This document shows, piece by piece, positions 12,215-25,363 of a stretch of 64,000 bases of DNA (within the stretch, counting starts at the first letter, position 1; every line of letters begins with the position of its first letter). Under the pieces are notes generated by a model. It searched no databases, was not told the origin of the DNA, and was given only the letters and a program-made list of their open reading frames with translations. The stretch spans positions 1-64,000 of the forward strand of contig JAQGDQ010000811.1 of assembly GCA_030141605.1 (NCBI GenBank), in the 5' to 3' direction. Made by a program: the position numbers and the translations under genes. The stretch comes from Tubiluchus corallicola (Eukaryota; Animalia; Priapulida).

Positions 12215-12639
12215 TGTAACGGCAATATGCATAACGACACCTATGTATTGGAAGGTGCTGCCCTCTACGAGTGAGGAGGAAAGGACAGGAGGGGAACAAT
12301 GGTGGTCGTGTTTTTGATCACAGCAATGTTTTTGTCATTATTGTGTTACATTTAATAACATCGTTTAGTCATAACCGAATTTTGTACCTTGAGAAATTTA
12401 AATCTTGACGAAGAGCCAACGATGTGAGTTACATCAATTTAAATAATTTAATTAAGTTGTGAATTCAATCTCTCAAGTTTGAGAAAGTACTTTGCCAATA
12501 AGTTGACTTCTTTGTAATTACTGAGCTTCAGTTTATCATTTTATTCATTTTCTTACTTGTTAATGTTCTTTTTATTATTCTGTTTAGAATAAACGACTTT
12601 GGAGCATGAATCAAATAGTGAAGGCTTTCTGTTCACAAC

Positions 12640-12640
<1 letters not shown>
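12215..12640 (+). repeat. 3' LTR (426 bp)
   Basis: Direct repeat of 6389-6815, immediately after the PPT. Confidence 0.97.
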
Positions 12641-13010
<370 letters not shown>

Positions 13011-13214
13011 TTAGTATTATTACTCTATAAATCTGATAGCTACATAAGTTTTGCAGCAAGTTTAAAATGTTGAAAATGATACACCTATGTGTTGTTTGCG
13101 TCAAGACAGTTTTGTTAATTAAATCTAGTGGCAGAAAAGACAAACATAAAATACAGATAAACAAATTATACATAATCTTATAACGTAAATTTATCGGATT
13201 ATAAAAATACAAAC

Positions 13215-13353
13215 TTAAGTTATCTGCTGGTAATGGCTCCTCGGCTCTCTTTCCTCCCCATGCGTAGTAAGCTGATCGTTTTGACAGATTCGCCGCTGAG
13301 ATTAGCACTACTGATAGCGATAAAAACACTACGATTGTTGCTGTACTCGCCAT
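13215..13353 (-). CDS. Neuropeptide precursor, first coding exon (signal peptide + leucokinin-like SAYYAWG-amide)
   Basis: MASTATIVVFLSLSVVLISA-ANLS-KR-SAYYAWG-G-KR-AEEPLPADNL shows a hydrophobic signal peptide, dibasic sites on both sides, an amidation Gly and an acidic spacer. Good start context (aaaATGG). Acceptor cttacttctttcag| lies 13 nt upstream (exon start 13366). Candidate donor A|gtttgt at 13214. Confidence 0.8.
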
Positions 13354-13419
13354 TTTGATTGGTTTCCTGAAAGAAGTAAGCTTTTTGTTTTAAACCAGTA
13401 CTGGCTGAAAATATAGCCA

Positions 13420-13847
<428 letters not shown>

Positions 13848-14013
13848 ACATCAAATTTCGGAGATCCAAATCTGACCTTCTGACAATATTAATATTGATA
13901 TTTTTCTAAATCCACACACAGATAGTGGAGTGTAAATGCCTGAAACTATTACAACTGTTGGACATTGTGAGGTTATAAAGGGTAACTTGTTGAATAAGAC
14001 TAATTACATTATA

Positions 14014-14110
14014 CCTGCGTTTTGCTTGGGGCATCAAATGTCTCGTTAATTTATCTGTTCTAAACAGGATTCTAGCGTCAGCAGTTAAACAATAATAGCA
14101 GTGGTAGTCA
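14014..14110 (-). other. Candidate non-coding first exon of the neuropeptide gene
   Basis: The acceptor at 13367 requires an upstream exon. A donor-like gcaaaacgcag|gtataa lies at ~14013. The 5' boundary is unknown. Confidence 0.25.
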
Positions 14111-15544
14111 TGACGATGATGACCACTGAATCCTGAGTGAGTACCAAACTCAGGCGAGTTATTCACCAATCACTGACCAGCTTCATTAATGCTTTACTTC
14201 CACACTTGGTCATCTCCTTGGTTAATTACAGTTAGTATGAAAAACAAGTTTGTTTGTGCCATTCGGATTCTCTTGCTATTAAAACAATTTATCGCAGGAA
14301 TGCCGCTCTTTGCATAACTGTTTATTGTATCTGTAGCGGGTGCATAGGCCCTTTTTGGTTTTTATTTAGTTACTGCTGCTGTGCTGCCACCTGTTTGTTA
14401 TTTAGTAGACTTTTTACCATTTGCAGAAGTCACTCTTTTAAAATTGAAGGACCTAATATCCTTGAATACGTTGGCATTTTGATCTTTCGTGAGCTATAGC
14501 TATAGTAGCTGTCTGACATTTTACCCGTTTTTTGGTTCTCTCCGCCATTGCTCTAGTGTTGTGTCTATGATGAACATTATGACTCTAAATTTCTTACAAG
14601 TTTATTGTTGTGACATTGTTGTTCTTACGGCCTTGGAGTTCTCATTCCTGTCTTTGTAACTATTAAAGGCCCTAACAACGTAAGTCATTATTAATTAATT
14701 TCAATATATATCATAATTTTTATATCAGTTTTCTTAGTTATAGTCATACATCTAATCATGCGATGAACTCTCTTCTACTCAATGCAAATTAAACTAATTG
14801 TTAATCATTGTAATACAGAATAAATAAACTTTTGTTCAGTACATTAAGCTGGTGCTTTGCATCCATTTCAGTATCGTTTCATCACAGTTGTAAACAGGGT
14901 GGGCGTACCACGTCACTCTTGTGCCAAAATATCACGAGTAACAAATCATGAACCCAAAATGTACCCTGCAGTAAATACGTTGTCGGCTGCCATTTAATTA
15001 TTCAGTTCAATAAGATTTATTTTTGTGCCGATGAACTGAACCGAATTAGTGTCGAATCTTTGTTAAATAATTCAAGTGATAATTACTCAAAGTCGTTTTC
15101 TATGTTGGTAATGGTGGTAATTACGTAGCTATATCACTGTTTAACAGTGTGGAAATCAACGCAAGAGACTCAGTGTTATAAATCTTGCAGCAAATAAAGA
15201 ATTGCTGACATTTACATATGACAGATTAAAGGAAAACGATGTGATTTTTCGTATCCTACTACATTTTGAAGTATGGTAAAAAGGTACATTTCAACACCTT
15301 TAATAATGCGAGAGGGTATCTGATAATTAAATAATAGGCTAAAATCTTAATTAATGGCGGGCGATGAATTAATTAATTTTTCCGCCATTAATTAACTTAA
15401 TTAGTTAAGAATTACAGTGAAGATCGACAAAATACTAATAATATGCATGTCGTGAACTTCCTTTAGGTACAAGAAACCTTCAGTCTAATAGCTTAAAAAA
15501 CTCCTACACTTTAAGAGCAAACAGAAAATAACTGGAACTTTTGT

Positions 15545-16220
15545 AAGTTTGTGACGTGGTGCCGAAGAGTACAATGCCGAATTCAAGATGTTGAAGAGCA
15601 GTGTAACGTTTCAAGTTCTTGACATGGTGTTGAAGAGCATTGTAATGTTTCAAGTTCTTGACATGATGTTGAAGAGCAGTGTAACGTTTCAAGTTCTTGA
15701 CATGATGTTGAAGAGCACAGTGCCGAATTCAAGTTGTTGAAGAGCAGTGTAACGTTTCAAGTTCTTGACATGATGTTGAAGAGCAGTGTAACGTTTCAAG
15801 TTCTTGACATGATGTTGAAGAGCAGTGTAATGTTTCAAGTTCTTGACATGATGTTGAAGAGCAGTGTAACGTTTCAAGTTCACAACATGGTGCCGAAGAG
15901 CACAGTGCCGAATTCAAGTTCTTGACATGGTGTTGAAGAGCACAGTGCCGAATTCAAGTTCTTGACATGGTGTTGAAGAGCATTGTAATGTTTCAAGTTC
16001 TTGACTTGATGTTGAAGAGCACAGTGCCGAATTCAAGTTCTTGACATTGTGTTGAAGAGCACAGTGCCGAATTCAAGTCTTGACATGGTGTTGAAGAGCA
16101 CAGTGCCGAATTCAAGTTCTTGACATGGTGTTGAAGAGCACAGTGCCGAATTCAAGTCTTGACATTGTGTTGAAGAGCACAGTGCCGAATTCAAGTTCTT
16201 GACATTGTGTTGAAGAGCAC
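15545..16220. repeat. Minisatellite, 39-41-bp units
   Basis: Units ttcaagttcttgacatgatgttgaagagcagtgtaacgt and the variant ...gagcacagtgccgaa repeat head-to-tail about 17 times. Confidence 0.95.
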
Positions 16221-17417
16221 CGTTGCCAATCTTAGTAGATTCACTGAGCCGTGCGAAGCTTTGAAAGTTTAACATAATTTGAGTATCCGAGGTAATTATT
16301 ATTTAATCTAAGTTTTGATTTAAAGTAAGCTATTGTAGTTTTCAGTATTTTAGAGCATTCTTTATTCTGAACTAATGTTTACACAATCATCCGGTTTCCT
16401 TTTAAAGCTGTGTCATAAGTTGTGCAACTGAAAGCAGATTTTGAGCCACGGCACAGGCCTCTCATCATTTTCTGTATTGGTATGTGAGTCGTTTTGCTTT
16501 ACATAAAACTAAGTTATTGCGTCGTTAAACCGCATAAACAAACATATTTAATATTTTTCATCTCGACAGAGGAAAGATAAAAAACCTTTTGGGTCAATAT
16601 ACAGTAATAAAGTTACGAAAACCGCTTTTACAATGATGATTAACCCACTAAACTTATCGCAAAGAACATCTGATTAAATTTTTGACGGTGGTTATGCGAA
16701 ACACTGTGTTTCCTACGAAAATTATAGAGATGAAAAATTTTCGCCGGACACGCTTGCGAAAATTTAACAAGAGCGAATATTGTTTCTAGTCAGTATTACA
16801 TTGAAATGAAATGTTTTATAGCTCTGGAAATCGTATAGCTAAAGTTTATGAAATTTATAAAGAAAAGTGTTGCAAAGCCCAGCATGCAGGGTTGATCAAA
16901 ATCTTGCCGTTACCGTTTCTCTTTGTAAGAGTAAGTGTGATGAATTTGTGATAAAGAGTTTTTGTTGGATACATCTTTCCAATTGGACAATTATTGTATA
17001 TTATTCTATTTAAAGCTAGTTAAGAAGTATTTCATATATAGTAGAAACGTAAACTTTGTTTACGATTAAACGTAAGCTTAATTGCAATGAACAACTTTAA
17101 ATCCAAGTGAATTACTACTATCATTTAATTATAATTCTCATAGTTTTTAAAAATAAAGTATTAAAATAATATAACATAAAATTATAAATGGTAATTACAA
17201 TAAACTTTTTTAATGATCTATTATCCGGTTTTCTGCAAATCAATCATACTTACATTAATACGTTTTTACTTTTTGAGTTAAATTAAATTTTTCTTTGTAA
17301 TTTTACGACGATTTATTTCGAAACTCCTCTAACAATAGCGCTTGGTAAGAGGTCTGTAAGGCCATTTACCAAGGTGGTGGACGTTGGTCAGTTAATGGCC
17401 ACTGATTCCAATGGCCA

Positions 17418-17482
17418 AATAATGATAATGATAACAATAACAATAACAATAATAATGATAATAATAATAACAATAATAATAT

Positions 17483-17519
<37 letters not shown>

Positions 17520-17825
17520 GATAATGATAATGATAATGATAATGATAATGATAATGATAATGATAATGATAATGATAATGATAATGATAACGATAACGAT
17601 AACGATAACGATAACGATAACGATAACGATAACGATAACGATAACGATAACGATAACGATAACGATAACGATAACGATAACGATAACGATAGCGATAGCG
17701 ATAACGATAACGATAACGATAACGGTAACGGTAACGGTAACGGTAACGGTAACGGTAACGGTAACGATAACGATAACGATAACGATAACAATAACAATAA
17801 CAATAGCGATAACGATAACAATAAC

Positions 17826-17857
<32 letters not shown>
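17418..17857. repeat. (ATAATG)n/(ATAACG)n/(GTAACG)n hexanucleotide microsatellite
   Basis: Direct reading. Confidence 0.95.
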
Positions 17858-17858
<1 letters not shown>

Positions 17859-18797
17859 TGTCATCGTCTCATTAAGTGCGTAATTATCTAAATGTATATG
17901 ATAGTATAAGAGTGTAGGCAGGCAGTAGATCCTTGGGAAAACTTATCTGGTACGTGAAATGGTAGAAACAGGTTTTTCCTATCTTATAACAATTTCTAAA
18001 ATGTTTTATAACTATTTCGTTGCCGTTGTATAGGCGTATTTAGAGAGTAACTTATACAGTACGAAACTGTGCATAGATAAATAGAGAAATTAGTACTAAG
18101 CTTTATCACTGTAACTCAATATGACGACATCTTACACATTTATTATTGTATTTCAACATGTCGTCTAACATTGTACAATTGTAGTAAATAAGTAATTGCA
18201 TCATGATGTTCTAATCATTCGTTCTTTGCTTTCATTTATCTCTAGTTAGGAAACTGCAGTGAAGATCGACTAAATACTATTAATCTTTTCGTGAACTTCC
18301 ATTAAATACAAAAACCCTTCAGTCTAGTAGCTTAAAAACTTTCACACTTTTAGAGCAAACAAAAAATAACTAGAACTTTGCAAGTTCTCGCACATGCAAT
18401 TAAAATTAAATACACAATGTGAACGACGCTCGTTCAACAGCATAAGAATTTAGTCGTAATAAAGTAATGAACTAAGCCCGGAGGTGGGTGGTTCTTCCCC
18501 TTGCCCCCCCCCCCATTAGCTACGCCACTGAAACGTGGTTTAGAGATAAAAAAATTGAAGCACAGGCAGGCGAAAAGGCGGAAGATGCTCCATTTTTTAA
18601 ATTGGCTGTTTGTTCAACATTGTATTTTGAAGCCTCATTCTCTAAGCAAGTTTTCAACGTTCGATCAAAATGGAGATTTTCGACATGCAAAGGTGAATGA
18701 ATAGGCAATGAAACGGGATGATAAAACAGATAAGAGAAATAAACGTAGTGCCATTACTTTAGAATAAGCCTTGAATATTGTCAATAGCCACTCTCAG

Positions 18798-18872
18798 TAT
18801 TATTATTGTTGGTGTTGTTGTTGTTGCTGTTGTTGTTGTTGTTGTTGTTGCTGCTGTTGTTGTTGTCGTTGC

Positions 18873-18932
<60 letters not shown>

Positions 18933-19185
18933 CGTTGATGTTGTTGTTGTTGTCGTTGCTGTTGTTGTTGTTGTTGTTGTTGTTGCTGTTGCTGTTGCTG
19001 TTGTTGTTGTTGTTGTTGTTGTCGTAGCTGTTGTTGTTGTTGCTGTTGTCGTCGTTGCTGTTGTTGTTGTTGTTGTTGTTCTGTTGTTGCTGTTGTTGTT
19101 GTTGTTGGTTGTTGCTGTTGCTGTTGCTGAAGTTGTTATTATTATTATTATTGTTGTTGTTGTTGTTGTTGTTATTGTTATTATT
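18798..19185. repeat. (GTT/GCT)n microsatellite
   Basis: Direct reading. Confidence 0.95.
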
Positions 19186-19721
19186 GTAGAAAATCTTGTT
19201 TGCAACGTGCTGTGTCAAGATTCAGCGCATAACAATAATAATAGTTCATATACTTGTACAACGAATTATTTAGATGGTTGCAAAACTTCCCAGCTTGAAT
19301 ACACATAGATAAACAAGTTTACAGCTAACGCATATAGCTTAATTCCATAAATTGCATACATCAAGGTTTCAGAGAAGAATTCATCTTGAAAGTGTTTTTT
19401 GTCTTGACCTTTGAACAATTTGACATCTTCACAATCACGTATATAAACAGGTAATTGATTCTAAATTACTGTCCACGTGTAAGCCAAGCAAGATTGACCA
19501 ACATTAACTCTAAGTAATAGTAGTTTGTTGTTGCCTCTGTGTTTTGATGTGGTGCTATAGTTAAGATCTATGGTGCAAAACATCAGCATGAGTCAGATGT
19601 TCATTGAGAATTATTTTATGCATAAGTGTGGTACAGTTAATTTTACGTTTAATAGTTAAAGGCCCCCAATTTAAGTATTTTAGCAAATCTACAACATGCA
19701 TGTTGCGCATTTTACAGTTAA

Positions 19722-20845
19722 AGCAAAGCCGGACCCAATGTTAAACTACTGGTCAAAACAACCTATTCCTTAAAATATTGAAAGAGAACATATAATTTTT
19801 TTAAAGAGCGACTTACGTGAAAGAATTTTTACCACAGAAACGCAATTTCACAAGTTCTTCGCTGTTACATGCACTTTGCCATTCCCTGATTAGACGCCAG
19901 CGCCATTCAGGCAACATTTTATTTAAATCAAATAAACAAAATACGATAATTTGAACTTAATTATCATCAAGACCGTCATCATACTAAGGCAACGTGAGGC
20001 GAGGCGAGACGAGACGAGACGAGACGGGACGAGACGAGACGAGACGAGACGGGACGAGACGAGGCGAGACGAGACGAGACGAGACGAGACGAGACGGGAC
20101 GGGACGGGACGGGAAGAGACGAGACGAGACGAGACGAGATGAGACGAGACGAGACGAGACGAGACAACAAGAGACGAGACAAGAGACGAGACAAGAGACA
20201 AGAGACAAGAGACAAGAGACAAGAGACAAGAGACAAGAGACAAGAGACAAGAGACAAGAGACAAGAGACAAGAGGCAAGAGACAAGAGACAAGAGACAAG
20301 AGACAAGAGACAAGAGACAAGACAAGACAAGACAAGACAAGACAAGACAAGACAAGACAAGACAAGACAAGACAAAAGAAGACAAGAGATAAGACGAGAC
20401 AAGTAAAAACACTGGCACTAGCGCCTGTACTCCGGAAGCGCATTACACAAAAACATGTGTTGCACCTCACAATTCAGATGTGTTAGTTTGTGACGAACTA
20501 CACATGTTCGATAGTTCATGCATGAGTGCAGCGGTAAATTTAAAATTTGAATTTTTATCTTAAAACTTGCCTAGTTTTAGTACAACACACTGAATATCTT
20601 ACAGTAGCACTGTACTTCAATTTTCGCTTTCGTAAACACGTGCAACACGCTCGCGGAATATTTTTGCTGCTCAAAATTATGTTAGTTTGTGATGTCATCA
20701 ATAGTTTGGCTTGCCCGCCGTTAATTAAGTTTTTAATCTGTTACTTAATTATCAGAAACGCTTTTGTAGTATTATTGGTGTTAAATGAATGTTTTTTGCA
20801 GTACTTGAAAATGCGGTAGTATACGAAAAATGATCCTATCTTCCT
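19722..20845 (+). mobile_element. Kolobok-like non-autonomous DNA transposon with internal (GAGAC/GACAA)n array
   Basis: TTAA|AGCAAAGCCGGACCC ... ATCCTATCTTCCT|TTAA shows a TTAA TSD, AG..CT termini and imperfect TIRs. The same body recurs at 21224-22220 (-), 23750-24252, 24690-24910 (-), 26365-26908 and 53975-54484. The microsatellite lies at 19996-20402. Confidence 0.75.
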
Positions 20846-21223
20846 TTAAGCACAATTCCAGTGGTAGGTCATAATTAATTAAAATATAGTGATAACATTT
20901 CGCTAAGCAAAACTGTCAATCGTACAGCAGTTGAGAGACAACTAATCTATGAGAATCTATTTCACGCTAATTTTCGGTTCAGATAATTTTACTTCGTTGT
21001 TGCGAGAAATGCACGCGTTTTTTGCTTTTATTTCTCGCATCGCGTAGATTAACGCGTGACAACACGCGATTTCGTGCTGTACGACTAATATTCTCAAAAC
21101 TATGAAGGTGTAAAGTTACGAGAAACACAACAACTTTATTAAAGCGAAATCCGCAAGTTAAAAATGCGATTCATTTATTCCAACTGCGCAGGTGCAGTCT
21201 TTGAATGTGTAGTGAAGCTAGTA

Positions 21224-22220
21224 AGGAAGACAGGATGATTTTCCGTATACGTCCCCATTTTCAAATCCGATAAAAAGTATGCATTTTAACACTATTAATA
21301 CTGCAAAAGCATTTCTGATAAGTAAATAATAGATTAACAAGTTAACGGCGGACGAGCCGAGCTATTGATGACATCACAAACTAACATGATTTTCAACAGC
21401 AAAAATATTCCACGAGTGCGTTGCACGTGTTTGCGTAAGCGAAAATTGAAGTACAATGCAACTGTAAGAGATTCAGAGTAAAATAATTCGTTGTATTGTT
21501 TGTGTGAAGCTGATTATTGGTGTTTTGGGGATGGCAAAACTATGAAGAGTCAGATTATAAAACTACACGTTTATTGAACATCAAACACAATAAATATAAC
21601 AGATAGTAATGCCAAGCCCCCCGATCTAGCCTGCTCTCCTTCAGCTCCCAGACTCAATCCCCTGAGCTGGGCGCATCACAAGGCTTATATATCGTGCGCC
21701 GAGCTTCGACGCCTCGACGCCTACGCTTCGGTTCTGAATCACTTGATCACGTGACACCCCCCCTTAACTGGGCTTCATGCCAGCATTCATCAACATAATT
21801 ATCTATCATAATCTAACCCTTTTGACATAATTTAACAGGTCCTCTTTACTTTCAGTGTGTTATACTAAAACTAGGCAAGTTTGAAAAACAAAGATTCAAA
21901 TTTCGAATTTACCTCTGTGACCACGCTACACATGTCGCACATGTGTAGTTCGTCAGAGACAAACTCATCTGAACTGAGAGATACAGCACATGTTTTTCGT
22001 GCAATGCGTTTCCAAAATGCAGGCGCTAGTGCCCGTCTAACTTGTGCTTGGCGAAATGAATATAACAGCGAAGAACTAGAGGTGCGAACGCGAAATTGTG
22101 TTTGTGTGGTAATAATTCTTTCACGCAAGTCATTTTTGAAAAAAAATAGCACGTTTCTTTTCAATATTTTAAATAGTAGATTGTTTTCACCTACAGTTGA
22201 AGATTGGGTCCGGTTTTGCT
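21224..22220 (-). mobile_element. Kolobok-like element, inverted copy, interrupted by a 374-bp insertion
   Basis: Reverse complement of the 19722 family. It ends GGGTCCGGTTTTGCT|TTAA at 22220. Confidence 0.75.
21477..21850 (-). mobile_element. Probable solo LTR with AGTAAA...TTTACT termini
   Basis: The insertion is absent from sibling Kolobok copies. 5-bp TSD TTCAG (21472-21476 / 21851-21855), 6-bp terminal inverted repeat. On the minus strand a TATATAA (~21690) precedes AATAAA (~21572). Confidence 0.7.
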
Positions 22221-22339
22221 TTAACTGCGCACCAAAAAACATTTCATACAAAGTTACATTACTTTGCTTCACGAAACTAGAGAGGAAAATTCCTACTAAT
22301 TAAGGGGTCTGCTTCAACTGGTAAAACGTCACTGACACA

Positions 22340-22900
22340 TCTTCCCAGTGTGCATCACTGATTCACAAAAAATATATTATTGATGTTATTGACAAGATAA
22401 AGTAATTCATACTTCTACTTAGTGAAACGTGCTGTGTGTGTATATTATATTATATTATATTATATTATATTATATTATATTATATTATATTATATTATAT
22501 TATATTATATTATATTATATTATATTATATTATATTATATTATATTATATTATATTATATTATATTATATTATATTATATTATATTATATTATATTATAT
22601 TATATTATATTATATTATATTATATTATATTATATTATATTATATTATATTATATTATATTATATTATATTATATTATATTATATTATATTATATTATAT
22701 TATATTATATTACGAATGCGCTACGAATGCTCTGATTATTTTTCAAACTTTACGCAAAGTTACCTAATCTTGTTTCAAACGATTTGCCCTTAAGATGGCT
22801 GCGTCTAACGAACATCGCTAGAGTTTGAAATGTGAAATTTTATACAGGTTGTGTGCTAATTGCTAATAGAAGCTCTATGTGCAACAAGGCAGAATGCAGG
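22340..22900 (+). repeat. Dispersed repeat copy containing a (TATAT)n array (22441-22712)
   Basis: 'tgcgctacgaatgctctgattattttttcaaactttac' is shared with 4140-4380, 29755-29960 (reverse) and 47075-47250. Confidence 0.8.
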
Positions 22901-22907
22901 TGATACA

Positions 22908-23422
22908 CAGTGGCTGCTCGCAGCTAAAATTAATTAGGTGGGGTAAAATTAAATTTTTGAGCCATTGTTTTAATACTGTTTAAAATGAAATAAACACATG
23001 TAATTTAATGTTGTAATGTTAAACAAACAAACAAACAAACAAACACACACAACCTTGATATAATCCTAAACAAAAAATATTGTTTTCTTACGAATAGCCT
23101 GAATTGTCACAGTTCAATAACATGCCGATACACGGCTTTTAACCACGTGACAACTGACAACACGTACTGCAGTCAGAGACAGTGCTCTTTCTACCTAAAA
23201 TATAGCGTCTTATCTCAGACATGGCCGCATGCGCACAGCAGCCAAACACCACGTTTCTTGGGCTGTGAAGCAAATGGCACTACCCTCACGTGCTCCGGTT
23301 CCATACAAGTATAAAGAAAGAACTAAATAAAAACGACTTATTATACTGAATATTATCGATAATATTGAGTGAAAACAGGGGGTGCTGCAGTACCATAGTA
23401 CCTATACACGAGCCGCCACCTG
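22908..23422 (+). mobile_element. hAT-like MITE
   Basis: Ends CAGTGGCTGCTCG ... CGAGCCGCCACCTG. The body is shared with 35494-36118. Confidence 0.65.
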
Positions 23423-23749
23423 CAATACAGAATTTTAAAACAAGGTAATATCGCGAAAGTTTTCGCACCGAGGCAGTTTTTCAGATGATTACCCACCATA
23501 CACCGCTTTGGTTGCTGAGCGTACACCGTGACCACTAGGCTATTAAACGCCATTGTTCTTTATTGTGTGCAAACGCCAAGTGTATTGTTTAGCGATTTAA
23601 AAATCGTTACGGGAAAATTCACAGCAGGTTATTACCTACATTTTGCACTCAGACTTGTTGTAATAGTCGCTAGTATAATTGATAGAATGTGCTATTAGAC
23701 GGCCTTCAATCTTTCCAGTTAGAGTAGTACCAGTCAAGTTTGTTTTACC

Positions 23750-24910
23750 ATAAGCAACATCGGGCCCAACCCTAAACTGTAGGTCAAAACAATTTACTCT
23801 TCAAAATATTGAAAGGAAACATACCATTTTTTCAAAAATGAGTTACGTGAAAGAATTATTACCACACAAACACAATTTTACTTTCGCGCCACTAGTTCTT
23901 CGCTGTTACATGTATCTCGCCATTTGCTAGTTAGACGGACACTTGCGCCTGCATTTCGGAAACGCTTTGCACAAAAAACAGGTGTTGTACCTCTCAGTTC
24001 AGGTGTTTTAGTTTGTGGCGAACTACACACGTTCGACAACTCATGCGTGAGCACAGCAGAAAATTTGAAATTTGAATTTTTATCTTAAAACTTGCTTAGT
24101 TTTAGTACAACACACTGAGTATCTTACAGTAGCACTGTACTTTAATTTTCGCTTTTGTAAACACGCGCAGCACGCTCGTGCAATATTTTTGCTGTTGAAA
24201 ATTATGTTAGTTTGTGATGTCATCAATAGTTGGGCTCGCCCGCCGTTAATTTATGTACTGCCTTGTTTTGCCTTGTCTTGTCTCGTCTTGTCTTGTCTTG
24301 TCTTGTCTTGTCTTGCCTTGCCTTGCCTTGCCTTGCCTTGTCTTGTCGTGCCTTGTCTTGCCTTGCCTTGCCTTGCCTTGCCTTGCCTTGCCTTGCCTTG
24401 CCTTGCCTTGCCCTGTCTTGCCCTGTCTTGTCTTGTCTTGTCTTGCCTTGCTTTGTCTTGTCTTGTCTTGTCTTGTCTTGTCTTGTCTTGTCTTGTCTTG
24501 TCTTGTCTTGTCTTTCTTGTCTTGTCTTGTCTTGTCTTGTCTTGTCTTGTCTTGTCTTGTCTTGTCTTGTCTTGTCTTGTCTTGTCTTGTCTTGTCTTGT
24601 CTTGTCTTGTCTTGTCTTGTCTTGTCTTGTCTTGTCTTGTCTTGTCTTGCCTTGCTTTGTCTTGTCTTGCCTTGCCTTGTCTTGCCTTGCCTAATCTTAG
24701 TATGATGACGGTCATGATGATAATTAAGTAGAAAATTATTTCGTTTATTTGATTTAAATAAAATTTTGCCTAAATGGCGCTGGCGTCTAACCAGGGAATG
24801 GCGAAATGCATGTAACAGCGAAGAACTAGTGGCGCGAACGTGAAATTGTGTTTGTGTGGTAACAATTCTTTCACGTAAGGCATTTTTGAAAAATAGTACG
24901 TTTTCTTTAA
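23750..24910. mobile_element. Two partial Kolobok-like copies in opposite orientation joined through (CTTGT/CTTGC)n
   Basis: Plus-strand copy to ~24252, microsatellite at 24258-24692, then a minus-strand copy matching the reverse complement of 19790-19990. Confidence 0.75.
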
Positions 24911-25194
24911 TCATGCCTCGCTTTTGAAACAGCCTAAATACAAAATGTCACTTAATAGCTTTGATCATAGTTATTGCTTGTTATGAGCCGACTTAATCAG
25001 AAGACCATCTTTCTTTCACACTAAGCCATACTGTTGCAGCTGACCTTATGTATGAGACTCATTAATTGCTTTTACATTGGTGCCCCAATTATGATAAGGA
25101 GGGAATGTTATTCATTGCTTTATTCATGTTTCTACTGGAATCCAGTATTGTCACCTAGTATGTTGGGTTTACTTTACTGTTTTCAGTTTTTATT

Positions 25195-25241
25195 TATTAT
25201 TATTATTATTGTTATTGTTATTATTATTATTATTATTATTA

Positions 25242-25335
<94 letters not shown>

Positions 25336-25363
25336 CATTATTATTATTATTATTATTATTATT
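25195..25363. repeat. (ATT)n microsatellite
   Basis: Direct reading. Confidence 0.95.

Larger units (their letters stand above)
6389..12640 (+). mobile_element. BEL/Pao LTR retrotransposon with two LTRs (internally rearranged)
   Basis: LTRs 6389-6815 and 12215-12640 (TGTAAC...CACAACA) differ by one visible T indel. 5-bp TSD ATCAT (6384-6388 / 12641-12645). Polypurine tract AGAGGGGGAG at 12205-12214. Domain order gag-PR-RT-RH-IN with BEL-type motifs. Confidence 0.97.
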
